A stretch of DNA of 64,000 nucleotides from an uncultured Rhizobium sp. (GCA_964527775.1 CAZGQS010000001.1:222922-286921); one strand, 5' to 3'; counted from the stretch's first letter, positions 48,358-57,925 are shown. Notes: generated by a model not told the origin, from the sequence alone. Program-made: numbers and translations.

Positions 48358-50265
48358 TTATCTCACTCCATTCATCAAGACCAAGAGTTTTTTGCTCAAG
48401 AAGAACAAGAATACAGAGGCAATACCAGCCATGAATACGAATAACATGAAGAAATCGTATAATGTGGCAATGGTAAATCCAACAAAAGTTGGTTTTTCAG
48501 GCTTTAAGTTCCAAAGTTGAACTTTTTCAGTTTTAACCAATTTGGAATCCTTTACCTCTTCCACTACTTCGTAGGTTAATAATTCATTTTCGCCAACCAA
48601 TAAAGCTGAATTGAAGTTCTTATTGAAACTCTTAATCACTTTTAAATGGAAAACAGAAACTGTACCAGTTTTTGCCGAGCCTGTATCAACGGAAACTGAA
48701 TTTAAGATACTCTTTTCATCCGTTGTTTCTGTCCAATTTGCAGTAGCCACAGGAAGAATGTATTGTGCTTTCGGATCATCTTTAAATACCATGGTATCTA
48801 AAGAATTTGATTTAATAGCAGTTAATACGGAGTTCAGTGACGCACTGTCGGTTTTTATTGAAGAAGTTTCATTTTTTACTTCTTCCGGATATAATGAGCT
48901 TAATGTTCCAGCAAATTTATTTGCTGATGCGGTTGATAAGAACCACACTCCCATCAATAATGATGCAAAACGCGCAGGAGACAATTTATTCACCATAGAC
49001 AAACCAATAGGACTTAAGCATAGCTCACCCAAGGTATGAATGGTATACAAACTAACCAACCAAATCATGCTCACTTTTGTAGAAGGATCTAATCCTTTTA
49101 CACCGAAAGCAATTACTAAATATCCAACAGCAAGCAAGAAAAGACCTAATGCTTGTTTAAACGGTGAAGCGGGCTCCATATTTCGTTTACCAAGAACACC
49201 CCACAACCAAACAAAGATTGGTGCGAAAATGACAATTGCTAATGCGTTGATTGATTGGAAGTAAGATGCTGGAATTAATTCACCAAACAAATTTCTATCG
49301 GTTTGCTCCTCGGCAAAATAAGTCAATGATGCACCGGCTTGTTCAAAGGCAGCCCAGAAGAAAATAACAAAGAATGCAGCAATATAAACAACCCAAATTC
49401 TTTGCTTTTCAATTTTGGTCAAGCTTGGGTCGGTAATGATGAATCCAGGAGCGGCAATTGTCAAACCAAAGATGAACGATCCAATCAAATCGTATTCAAG
49501 TCCCCAGAAAAACAAAGAAAATAAGGCTACGAAAGCTCCAACCCAAATAAATACTCTGTTGTTATTGACAGGAAGGGCTTCACCTGTAGAAGGTTGTTCA
49601 TCTCTTGTAGAATTGGCTTTTTCACCAATTTGTTGACCATCTGGTGTAACAATATATTTATTTTTAAGGGAGATAAACAAAATCAAACTCAATATCATAC
49701 CTGCACAAGCTGCCAAGAATCCCCAACGGAAATCACCAGCATTACCTGTATCTCCTAAATAACCGCACAACAGAGGAGCAATGAATGCACCTAAGTTGAT
49801 ACCCATATAGAAGATCGTAAAAGCAGAGTCAACACGTTTGTCGCCTTCTGGGTATAATTGACCAACCATAGTAGAAATATTGGGCTTGAAAAACCCATTT
49901 CCTACTATTAGCATGAATAATCCGCTAAACATGAAAATGGAAGCGACTGAAACCTCTTGATAATATGTACCAGCTAGGAACATCAAAAATTGGCCGAAAG
50001 CCATTAAAATTCCACCAATGATGATGGATTTGCGATTGCCCCAATAACGGTCAGCCATGTAACCACCTAACAATGGAGTAAGGTAAACCAATCCGGTATA
50101 ACTTCCATAAATGTCTGAAGCATATGCCTTGTCAAAAAGAAGAGCTTTGGTCATGAAAAGCGTAAAAAGAGCGCGCATTCCATAATAACTAAAGCGCTCC
50201 CACATTTCGGTAACAAACAAGACGTAAAGTCCTTTAGGGTGTCCCTTTTGAGCTACTGTATTCAT
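48358..50265 (-). CDS. Proton-dependent oligopeptide transporter (POT/PTR2 family) with extra C-terminal extramembrane domain and terminal TM helix
   Basis: PTR2 signature TEMWERFSYYGMRALF. GGYMADRYWGNRKSI. Start taken at MNTVAQKGHPKG (ATG 50265). Confidence 0.88.
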   Translation of the reverse strand: MNTVAQKGHPKGLYVLFVTEMWERFSYYGMRALFTLFMTKALLFDKAYASDIYGSYTGLVYLTPLLGGYMADRYWGNRKSIIIGGILMAFGQFLMFLAGTYYQEVSVASIFMFSGLFMLIVGNGFFKPNISTMVGQLYPEGDKRVDSAFTIFYMGINLGAFIAPLLCGYLGDTGNAGDFRWGFLAACAGMILSLILFISLKNKYIVTPDGQQIGEKANSTRDEQPSTGEALPVNNNRVFIWVGAFVALFSLFFWGLEYDLIGSFIFGLTIAAPGFIITDPSLTKIEKQRIWVVYIAAFFVIFFWAAFEQAGASLTYFAEEQTDRNLFGELIPASYFQSINALAIVIFAPIFVWLWGVLGKRNMEPASPFKQALGLFLLAVGYLVIAFGVKGLDPSTKVSMIWLVSLYTIHTLGELCLSPIGLSMVNKLSPARFASLLMGVWFLSTASANKFAGTLSSLYPEEVKNETSSIKTDSASLNSVLTAIKSNSLDTMVFKDDPKAQYILPVATANWTETTDEKSILNSVSVDTGSAKTGTVSVFHLKVIKSFNKNFNSALLVGENELLTYEVVEEVKDSKLVKTEKVQLWNLKPEKPTFVGFTIATLYDFFMLFVFMAGIASVFLFFLSKKLLVLMNGVR

Positions 50266-50366
50266 ATTTTCTATTTGTATGTGTAAATGTTGGGGGCTAA
50301 AATAGACCAAATTTTTGAATAAGCCATACTGCAAAGCGCCAATTATCCGTTAATTTGCGTTTAATA

Positions 50367-51407
50367 ATGAAACTAACAGCTTCAGATATTGCTCTACAAA
50401 CTCAAGGAACGGTGGTAGGAAACCCAGACCAATTCATTGATAAAGTTTCAAAACTGGAAGAAGGCGATTCTTTGAGTTTGGGTTTTTTTTCTAACCCGAA
50501 ATACGAAAAGGCCCTTAAAGAATCTGCTTGCGGTATTATTTTTGTTCCCGTTGGATACGGTCAAAAACAACCTGAAAATGCCACGTACATAGAACACACC
50601 AATCCATATTTCGCCTTTTGCACTATATTGACCAAGTATTTCAATCCTAATAAACGAAAATCAGGCATTTCAAATACTGCAATCATTCACCCAAGTGCTT
50701 CGATTGGCGAGAATGTTTACATTGGCGAATATTGTACAATTGGAGAATTATCGGTTATTGGCGATAATACATCTATTGCTGATGGTTGTGTTATAGGTGA
50801 ACAAGTTAACATTGGATCAGGCTCTACCCTATTTCCGAGGGTTGTGATTTATTCGGGATGTTCTGTTGGACGAAATTTCACTGCACATTCTGGTAGTGTA
50901 ATTGGAAGCGACGGTTTTGGGTTTGCACCTGTAAATGGGACATATGTGAAAATTCCTCAGGTAGGAAATGTAATCATAGAAGATGATGTTGAATTGGGTG
51001 CTAATTGTTGCATTGACAGAGCCACCATGGGTTCTACTGTCATTAGAAAAGGTACCAAGCTTGATAATATGGTACAAGTAGCTCACAACGTGGAAATAGG
51101 TGAACACACGGTTATTGCTTCACAAACAGGTATTGCAGGTAGTACAAAAATTGGAGATCACTGCGTTTTTGGTGGTCAAACTGGTATTGCTGGCCATTTA
51201 TATATTGCACCATTCAATTCGTTTGGTGGCCAATCTGGCATAACCTCAAATATTAAGGAAACCCATCAAAAAATGAGTGGTACCCCAGCAATGAACGTAA
51301 ATTCGTATCTTCGCAGTGTGGTTGCCATTCAAAAACTACCACAGTTATTAAAGGAAATCGAATCATTAAAAAAAGAAATTAACCGTCTTAAAGAAACCAA
51401 TGGCTAA
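50367..51407 (+). CDS. lpxD: UDP-3-O-acylglucosamine N-acyltransferase
   Basis: Left-handed beta-helix hexapeptide repeats, the GSDGFGF motif, and a C-terminal coiled helix. First gene of the lpxD-lpxC/fabZ-lpxA operon. Confidence 0.9.
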   Translation: MKLTASDIALQTQGTVVGNPDQFIDKVSKLEEGDSLSLGFFSNPKYEKALKESACGIIFVPVGYGQKQPENATYIEHTNPYFAFCTILTKYFNPNKRKSGISNTAIIHPSASIGENVYIGEYCTIGELSVIGDNTSIADGCVIGEQVNIGSGSTLFPRVVIYSGCSVGRNFTAHSGSVIGSDGFGFAPVNGTYVKIPQVGNVIIEDDVELGANCCIDRATMGSTVIRKGTKLDNMVQVAHNVEIGEHTVIASQTGIAGSTKIGDHCVFGGQTGIAGHLYIAPFNSFGGQSGITSNIKETHQKMSGTPAMNVNSYLRSVVAIQKLPQLLKEIESLKKEINRLKETNG

Positions 51408-52812
51408 TATCAATCCCAAACAAACTACTCTGGCACATTCCATAGAATTCAAAGGCGTTGGTTTGCATACTGGAGCTGCAGTTAAAGTAATTTTAACACC
51501 TGCAATAGATAATCACGGATATAAATTTCAGCGTATAGATTTAGAGGGAATGCCCATTATTGAGGCTGACGCTGATTTAGTTACAGATACCTCTCGCGGA
51601 ACAACATTAGAGAAAAACGGAGCTTCTGTTTCTACAATTGAACATGTTTTAGCTTCACTTGTGGGTTCTGAAGTTGACAATTGTTTAATTCAAGTAGATG
51701 GACCTGAAATGCCCATCATGGATGGAAGTTCAATTTCATTCATGGAAGGTATTAAGAACGTAGGAATTGTTGAATTGGAAGAAGATAGAGAGTATTTTGA
51801 AATCCCTCATAATATCCATTATCAAGATCTTGAGAATCAAGTTGAGATCGTAGCTATGCCTGCGGTAGATTATAGATTAACCGTAATGGTTGATTATAAT
51901 TCACCGGTTTTGGGAACTCAGCATGCTTCCATAACTCAAATCAATGAATTTGAAAAAGAAATTGCTCCTTGCAGAACCTTTTGTTTTTTGCATGAGCTGG
52001 AATATCTACTCAACAATAACTTAATTAAAGGTGGTGACTTGAATAACGCTATTGTGGTAGTTGATAAAGTAGTAAATCAAGACGAGCTTGATCGATTAGC
52101 CAAAGTATTTAACAAGGAAAGTATTGAAGTTAAGACAGACGGCATTCTTAATAATTTAGAACTTCGATTTTCAAACGAACCTGCTCGACATAAATTATTA
52201 GATATGGTGGGTGATTTAGCTTTGGTAGGCATGCCATTAAAGGGACAAATCATGGCAGCTCGTCCTGGACATGCATCAAATGTGGCTTTCGCAAAAAAAC
52301 TAAAACAAGTGCTAAAAAAAGAAATTAAGCGTAAACAAGAAGGTAGACCTTTATACGACCCAAACCAGAAGCCATTATACGCGACCAAAGATATTATAAA
52401 GATGTTGCCTCATGCTCACCCCTTTCTATTGGTTGATAAAATCATGGAAATTTCGGAAAAGCATGTAGTTGGAATTAAGAATATTACTTACGACCAACCA
52501 TTCTTTGGTGGACATTTTCCTGGTGACCCTATTATGCCAGGAGTATTGCAAGTTGAAGCGATGGCTCAAGCGGGTGGTATTTTAGTGCTTTCTACCGTTG
52601 ATGATCCTGAAAACTACGGAACCTATTTTTTAAAAATAGACAACACCAAGTTTAAAGACAAAGTCGTTCCAGGAGATACTTTAGTTATGAAACTTGAATT
52701 GACTGAACCTATCAGACGCGGTATTTGTGCTATGCGCGGCAGAGCTTGGGTAGGTGATAAATTAGTGTGCGAATCTGAACTTATGGCTCAGGTAGTTAAA
52801 ATTAAAAATTAA
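51400..52812 (+). CDS. lpxC: Bifunctional UDP-3-O-acyl-GlcNAc deacetylase / 3-hydroxyacyl-ACP dehydratase (LpxC-FabZ fusion)
   Basis: N-terminal LpxC (GVGLHTG, IEHVLASL, HKLLDMVGDLAL, GHASN). C-terminal FabZ (LPHAHPFLLVDKI, FFGGHFPGDPIMPGVL). This fusion is characteristic of Bacteroidota. Confidence 0.93.
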   Translation: MANINPKQTTLAHSIEFKGVGLHTGAAVKVILTPAIDNHGYKFQRIDLEGMPIIEADADLVTDTSRGTTLEKNGASVSTIEHVLASLVGSEVDNCLIQVDGPEMPIMDGSSISFMEGIKNVGIVELEEDREYFEIPHNIHYQDLENQVEIVAMPAVDYRLTVMVDYNSPVLGTQHASITQINEFEKEIAPCRTFCFLHELEYLLNNNLIKGGDLNNAIVVVDKVVNQDELDRLAKVFNKESIEVKTDGILNNLELRFSNEPARHKLLDMVGDLALVGMPLKGQIMAARPGHASNVAFAKKLKQVLKKEIKRKQEGRPLYDPNQKPLYATKDIIKMLPHAHPFLLVDKIMEISEKHVVGIKNITYDQPFFGGHFPGDPIMPGVLQVEAMAQAGGILVLSTVDDPENYGTYFLKIDNTKFKDKVVPGDTLVMKLELTEPIRRGICAMRGRAWVGDKLVCESELMAQVVKIKN

Positions 52813-52819
52813 TATCAAA

Positions 52820-53602
52820 ATGATTCAGCCCCTTGCTTACGTTCACCCTAGTGCGAGAATTGCGGATAATGTAGTCATTGATCCCTTTGTTACCATTCAT
52901 GCCGATGTTGAAATTGCTGAAGGCACTCACGTAATGTCGGGTGCAGTTATTTTCCGCGGTTCTAGAATTGGAAAAAATTGCCGAATATTTCCTGGCGCTT
53001 CTATTGGGGCTATTCCTCAAGATTTGAAATTTGACGGGGAAGAAACCTTAACCATCATTGGAGACAATACCACCATCCGCGAATATGTAACCATAAACAA
53101 GGGAACGAAAGCACTCGGTTATACAAAAGTGGGTTCCAACGTATTACTTATGGCTTATGTTCATTTGGCTCACGACTGTGTTGTTGGTGATTATGCAATT
53201 CTAGCAAATAACGTTCAAGTGGCAGGTCATGTCAGCATTGGTGAATGGGCAATTTTGGGTGGAGCTGCGTTGGTACATCAGTTTGTAAAAATTGGAAAAC
53301 ATGCCATGATAAGCGGCGGTTCTTTGGTTCGAAAAGATGTTCCTCCTTACACAAAAGCAGCCCGTGAACCACTATCTTATGAAGGTGTTAACAGCATTGG
53401 CCTTAGGAGACGTGGTTTTACCAATGAGAAAATTGGTGAAATTCAAGACATCTACAGGACTTTGTTTGTTAAAAGTTCAAATACCACTAAAGCATTGGCC
53501 TTAATAGAAGCAGCCTTCGCTCCCACCAATGAACGCGACGAAATCATTGCTTTTATTCAAGATTCTGATCGCGGCGTGATGAAAGGCTATTTGTCGAAAT
53601 AA
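52820..53602 (+). CDS. lpxA: Acyl-ACP--UDP-N-acetylglucosamine O-acyltransferase
   Basis: Hexapeptide-repeat beta-helix plus C-terminal helical domain. IHPSA-type start and GLRRRGF motif. Confidence 0.92.
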   Translation: MIQPLAYVHPSARIADNVVIDPFVTIHADVEIAEGTHVMSGAVIFRGSRIGKNCRIFPGASIGAIPQDLKFDGEETLTIIGDNTTIREYVTINKGTKALGYTKVGSNVLLMAYVHLAHDCVVGDYAILANNVQVAGHVSIGEWAILGGAALVHQFVKIGKHAMISGGSLVRKDVPPYTKAAREPLSYEGVNSIGLRRRGFTNEKIGEIQDIYRTLFVKSSNTTKALALIEAAFAPTNERDEIIAFIQDSDRGVMKGYLSK

Positions 53603-53608
53603 TTTTCC

Positions 53609-54241
53609 ATGTTAAAAATCATTCTGAAAAATTGCGGTAAAAATTATCACCGTACTTGGTTGTTTCGGAATGTGAATTTTGAATTTGAGATTTTTCCGGG
53701 GAATTCCCTCGCTGTGCTCGGGGACAATGGATCAGGAAAATCAACGTTTACTTTGTTACTTACGCGCCAAATTGAGCCTACAGAAGGTACCATAGATTGG
53801 CAGGGAATTAATTCGAAAGAAGTGCATAATTTGTATGCATTAAGTTCTCCATCCATGGAACTCCCAGAGGAACTGACATTGGAAGAATGGTTTGAGTTTC
53901 AAAGTGAGATAAAGCCTCTTTATAGAGACGTAAATTTGAATCAGATCATTGAACTTTGTCAATTCCCACCCAAGGTTAGAAATAAATCTATTATGAATTT
54001 TTCTTCTGGCATGAAACAGAGAGTTAAATTGTGTCATAGCTTTTTGACAGATTCTCCTCTATGTATCTTAGATGAACCACTGTCTAACCTAGATCAGAAG
54101 GGAATAGAGCTCTATGAACGGTTAATCGCAGAATACAAATCAAGTAAGTGTATTATTGTCGCATCTAACAGAGTTGATGAATATCAGTTTTGCGAACATC
54201 AAGTGCACATCAAGGATGCTCAACTATCAATTTTGAAGTGA
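53609..54241 (+). CDS. Small ABC transporter ATP-binding protein with no adjacent permease
   Basis: Walker A GDNGSGKST, signature FSSGMKQRV, Walker B CILDEPLSNLD. 210 aa. Starts 6 nt after lpxA. Confidence 0.8.
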   Translation: MLKIILKNCGKNYHRTWLFRNVNFEFEIFPGNSLAVLGDNGSGKSTFTLLLTRQIEPTEGTIDWQGINSKEVHNLYALSSPSMELPEELTLEEWFEFQSEIKPLYRDVNLNQIIELCQFPPKVRNKSIMNFSSGMKQRVKLCHSFLTDSPLCILDEPLSNLDQKGIELYERLIAEYKSSKCIIVASNRVDEYQFCEHQVHIKDAQLSILK

Positions 54242-56510
54242 TTTTTGAGAAGTTATTTTCTAAAATCACAAAGTATATACCATTACTCATATTTTTAGAA
54301 TCTACCGAAATACCGGGTTCTCCCGAATTTAGAATTTTTGATGTAATTACTCTCCCATCTATTGTCACAACTTTGGCCATCCAGTTTGTTCGCGTATCAG
54401 GATTTTTAATTATGAAAATCGAACTCGCTGGATTGGGATAAATAGTTAATGTAAGTTCTTGGGGTCCGTGTTTTTCTAATGTGTTCGCTCTTTTCTTTGA
54501 TAATACACTTTGCCCAAACATCAATCCACCTTTTAGATTACCTAAAACCAATTCCGGTATAGAGTCACCGGTTAAATCATACAAAGCAGGTTTCAGCCAA
54601 GCACTACCCAAAATGATTGAGGTATCACCGTTGTTTTGATTGAAAAATGTATGTTCTTCGGCAATGAGGCTATCCGTAATTTGGTGGTTTTCAGGGTGGT
54701 AAATACGAACATCTCCATGCAGTGTACCCAAAATGATTTCTAGATTACCGTCATTGTCAATATCAGAAACTGTAGGAGTTGCATATCCAAATATATTAAA
54801 ATCAGGCTCAGACAAACTAGTTAACCATTCGTTGGCCCTCATTCCATAGGCATTGCTACTCACCCATTCCAATTGTACAGCTGTTTTAGACTGTCCTTCA
54901 AATAGTGCTACTTTACCATTGTAAAAACCGACCAATAAATCGTTAATTCCATCATTGTTATAGTCATAAACAGCGGGTGCAGCTGTGTTTTCACTGGGTT
55001 GTTTTTGATAATTCGCCAACAAATTTCTGTTTTTCAATTTAAATAATGGCTTGCCGTTTAACTGGTAATTTTCATACCAAGCAATATCTCCATTTATTGA
55101 ACCAATGAGTAAATCATCGTCATTATCATTGTCAATGTCACCTGTAGTTATACTTGAATATATGTATCCTGAATCTTTAATATTCAAATAGTTATAAATT
55201 GAATATGTTAACTGTGGCGCTTCCAATGTCCCCGTATTTAAAAAGACATCAATTCTGTCGTTCTTACCTTTTGTAGAATCAAAATCACCATTGTGAGCAA
55301 CAAGTAGGTCCTTCAATCCATCACCATTCACGTCTAACCAGGCGGGCGATGTTCTTGCTCCAAAATCAATCATTTGCTCAGAGATAAAGTTTGTCTTTAC
55401 TAAATTGAAATCGGCTTTGGTTTTGGAGCCCATATTTTTATAATACCGAATTTGTTGACTTTCTTTTGTGTTGGAAACACTATTCGGAGCAATAATCATG
55501 TCTGTGAGGCCGTCTTTGTCAACATCAAAAGTGTATCCAGCAGGAAAAATATATGAACTGAATACTTTATCATCAAGAAACACCGAATCGTATCTTAGCA
55601 TGGTGTCGTATTCGTGCATACGCTGCATTTTTCCATTTTCAAGTCGAATTATTTTTGACCAATCTAAATTGGACAAATACATTTCCTGATCGCCGTCATT
55701 ATCTTCGTCCATAAACCAACAACTGGCTCCTCCTACATGTCGAGGCTTGAGTTTTTTAGGAAAACCAAGATCTAATGGACAATCATTCAATATGATACCA
55801 CCGCTAAATCCCTCCCAAAAGTAACCAAAGCAATAATCCATATTTTGAAATTCAAATGAATCTTTGCTCCATCCCTTTTCTGCTCTAACATCTTTAAACA
55901 TGTAATAGGTAAGATTAAAAGGATCATAACTAACAATATCTAAGTCACCGTCACCATCAATATCTTTAATTGCAGGTAAATCAGTAATGGTATTGGCGAA
56001 TGATAAAGGATTGTATAATTTAAAAAAGGTAGAATCGTGTTGATTTCTGTAATACCAAGGTCCTAAGTCCTTAAATTTTAGCTTGTCAGAGTTTTTGTCA
56101 GATATGTTTACATAAATCAATAGATCGCCAATTTCCGATAATGTAAATAGATCTTGTCTTCCATCAGAATTCAAATCAGCGGCTATGTAAATGTCTTTTC
56201 CTTTGGGAAGTTGAGGTTCATATTGGGGGGCGTATAAAAATGAATTCTTATTGGTTCTCAAATAAGGGAGAATCTTGTAATCAACGCGATCAAAAATGAT
56301 TAAGTCAAGCACCCCATCTTGATTTAAATCAAATTCTGTGAATTGCGGCGAATTTAATCCCCCAGTAAATGGTTTTTCTAAGTCAAAGCCGTTCATTCTC
56401 ACTTGTATTCCATCGGTAATCTCAAATTTATTCTGAGCTTGTAGACCTTTTGAGTGATACCCAAAAAGTATTGCAAAAAAGAACAAAGCTATAATTTTAC
56501 TGATTTTCAT
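54210..56510 (-). CDS. FG-GAP/VCBS-repeat (integrin-alpha-like beta-propeller) protein with T9SS C-terminal sorting domain
   Basis: At least 10 Ca-binding-like DxDxDG repeats (DIDGDGDLDIV, DVNGDGLKDLLV, DIDNDGNLEIIL and others). CTD LTIYPNPASSIFIIKN...GIYFVILENN. Confidence 0.8.
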   Translation of the reverse strand: MKISKIIALFFFAILFGYHSKGLQAQNKFEITDGIQVRMNGFDLEKPFTGGLNSPQFTEFDLNQDGVLDLIIFDRVDYKILPYLRTNKNSFLYAPQYEPQLPKGKDIYIAADLNSDGRQDLFTLSEIGDLLIYVNISDKNSDKLKFKDLGPWYYRNQHDSTFFKLYNPLSFANTITDLPAIKDIDGDGDLDIVSYDPFNLTYYMFKDVRAEKGWSKDSFEFQNMDYCFGYFWEGFSGGIILNDCPLDLGFPKKLKPRHVGGASCWFMDEDNDGDQEMYLSNLDWSKIIRLENGKMQRMHEYDTMLRYDSVFLDDKVFSSYIFPAGYTFDVDKDGLTDMIIAPNSVSNTKESQQIRYYKNMGSKTKADFNLVKTNFISEQMIDFGARTSPAWLDVNGDGLKDLLVAHNGDFDSTKGKNDRIDVFLNTGTLEAPQLTYSIYNYLNIKDSGYIYSSITTGDIDNDNDDDLLIGSINGDIAWYENYQLNGKPLFKLKNRNLLANYQKQPSENTAAPAVYDYNNDGINDLLVGFYNGKVALFEGQSKTAVQLEWVSSNAYGMRANEWLTSLSEPDFNIFGYATPTVSDIDNDGNLEIILGTLHGDVRIYHPENHQITDSLIAEEHTFFNQNNGDTSIILGSAWLKPALYDLTGDSIPELVLGNLKGGLMFGQSVLSKKRANTLEKHGPQELTLTIYPNPASSIFIIKNPDTRTNWMAKVVTIDGRVITSKILNSGEPGISVDSKNMSNGIYFVILENNFSKITSKLIVEHP

Positions 56511-56529
56511 AGGAATACATCGAATTTAA

Positions 56530-56537
56530 CAAAAATA
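56530..56537 (-). promoter_or_regulatory. Candidate -7 box (TATTTTTG on minus strand) for the FG-GAP T9SS gene
   Basis: Plus strand reads CAAAAATA, a perfect TAnnTTTG on the minus strand, 19 nt upstream of the ATG at 56510. Confidence 0.4.
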
Positions 56538-56572
56538 CTTTGAAGTTAAAGTGATAATCAGCACCTAAAATG

Positions 56573-56580
56573 TAATTTTG
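56573..56580 (+). promoter_or_regulatory. Candidate -7 box (TAATTTTG) for murF
   Basis: Perfect TAnnTTTG ending 10 nt before the ATG at 56591. Confidence 0.4.
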
Positions 56581-56590
56581 AGAACATATT

Positions 56591-57898
56591 ATGCAATTGA
56601 GCACCATCGAAGAAATTTACCATGCTTGGAACGAAGTAAATCGTGTAATTACAAGCGATACTCGAAAGGATATTAATGGAAGTCTATTCTTTTGCTTATC
56701 AGGCGAAAAATTCAATGCAAATATCTTTGCTCAAAAGGCAATAGATCTTGGTGCCGCGTATGTTGTGACTAATAATTCTGAGATTCAGAATGAAAAGGTT
56801 CTATTGGTGGATAACCCTAATTTGACCCTCGGACAACTAGCTTCGCATCATGCGGCTAAAATGAAGGCTAAGCTTATTTGCGTAGGAGGTTCCAACGGAA
56901 AAACCACTACTAAAGAGCTTATTAACGCTGTACTATCGAACCATTTTAATGTAAAATACACATTGGGTAACTTCAACAATCATATTGGTGTTCCATTAAC
57001 ATTGCTTTCAATTTCTGAGGACACTGATATAGGAATCATCGAAACCGGAACGAATCATCCGGGTGAAATGAAATATTTATGTGACTTGTTTAACCCCGAT
57101 TCTGGTATTATCACCAATATTGGTAAAGAACATTTGGAAGGATTTGGTGATTTAGAGTCAGTGGCAAAAGAAGAGAGCGAGGTGTACTTAAAATTACAAC
57201 AATCGCAAGGATTGGCCTTTGTGAATCTCGATGATCCTTGGCTTGGAAATATGTCTAAGCGATTATCTCGGAAGATCACGTATAGTATTTTATCTGCCAC
57301 TGCTGATATTTATATTAGACCTATAGAAGAAATGCCCCACCTTAAATTCGAAGTGTTTATTCATCAAGAATCAAAAGGTATTTTTCAAGCCAAATTGGGC
57401 GGTAAATTCAATTTATACAACATCTGTGCTGCGATTGCAGCTTCCATCAAATACAATGTTGATTGGGAATCAACGATTAAATCAATTGTTAATTTTGAAT
57501 CTAACAACAACAGATCACAATGGATTGAATTTGGCAATAAAAAGATATTTTTAGATGCTTATAATGCCAATCCATCCAGTGTTGCTGTTGGGTTAGAATC
57601 TTTTTCAACCATTAAAGGCAGTAAGGCTGTGATTTTAGGTGATATGCTTGAACTCGGACATCATTCTCAAAAAGAACATTTAGATATTTTTGAATTAGCA
57701 GTAAAATTGAATTTTGAAGAATTGTTTATTTGTGGACCTGAATTTAGTTTGGCAAACAACTCCTATCCATTTAAATTTGATTCGGCAGCTACATTGTTGG
57801 CTTGGTTAGATACTCATCCCATAGAGTCGGAATACATTTATGTCAAAGGAAGCCGAGGGATGAAGATGGAAACGGTTTTGGAACACTTTAAATCATAA
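56591..57898 (+). CDS. murF: UDP-N-acetylmuramoyl-tripeptide--D-alanyl-D-alanine ligase
   Basis: Mur ligase P-loop VGGSNGKTTTKE, the ETGTNHPGEM block, and DAYNANPSS. Confidence 0.9.
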   Translation: MQLSTIEEIYHAWNEVNRVITSDTRKDINGSLFFCLSGEKFNANIFAQKAIDLGAAYVVTNNSEIQNEKVLLVDNPNLTLGQLASHHAAKMKAKLICVGGSNGKTTTKELINAVLSNHFNVKYTLGNFNNHIGVPLTLLSISEDTDIGIIETGTNHPGEMKYLCDLFNPDSGIITNIGKEHLEGFGDLESVAKEESEVYLKLQQSQGLAFVNLDDPWLGNMSKRLSRKITYSILSATADIYIRPIEEMPHLKFEVFIHQESKGIFQAKLGGKFNLYNICAAIAASIKYNVDWESTIKSIVNFESNNNRSQWIEFGNKKIFLDAYNANPSSVAVGLESFSTIKGSKAVILGDMLELGHHSQKEHLDIFELAVKLNFEELFICGPEFSLANNSYPFKFDSAATLLAWLDTHPIESEYIYVKGSRGMKMETVLEHFKS

Positions 57899-57925
57899 AA
57901 AAAGGCCCTTTAAAAGGGCCTTTTA
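57897..57925. terminator. Bidirectional hairpin terminator between murF and the convergent nuoH
   Basis: AAAAAAA-GGCCCTT-TAA-AAGGGCC-TTTT; 7-bp stem at 57904-57920. Confidence 0.8.
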
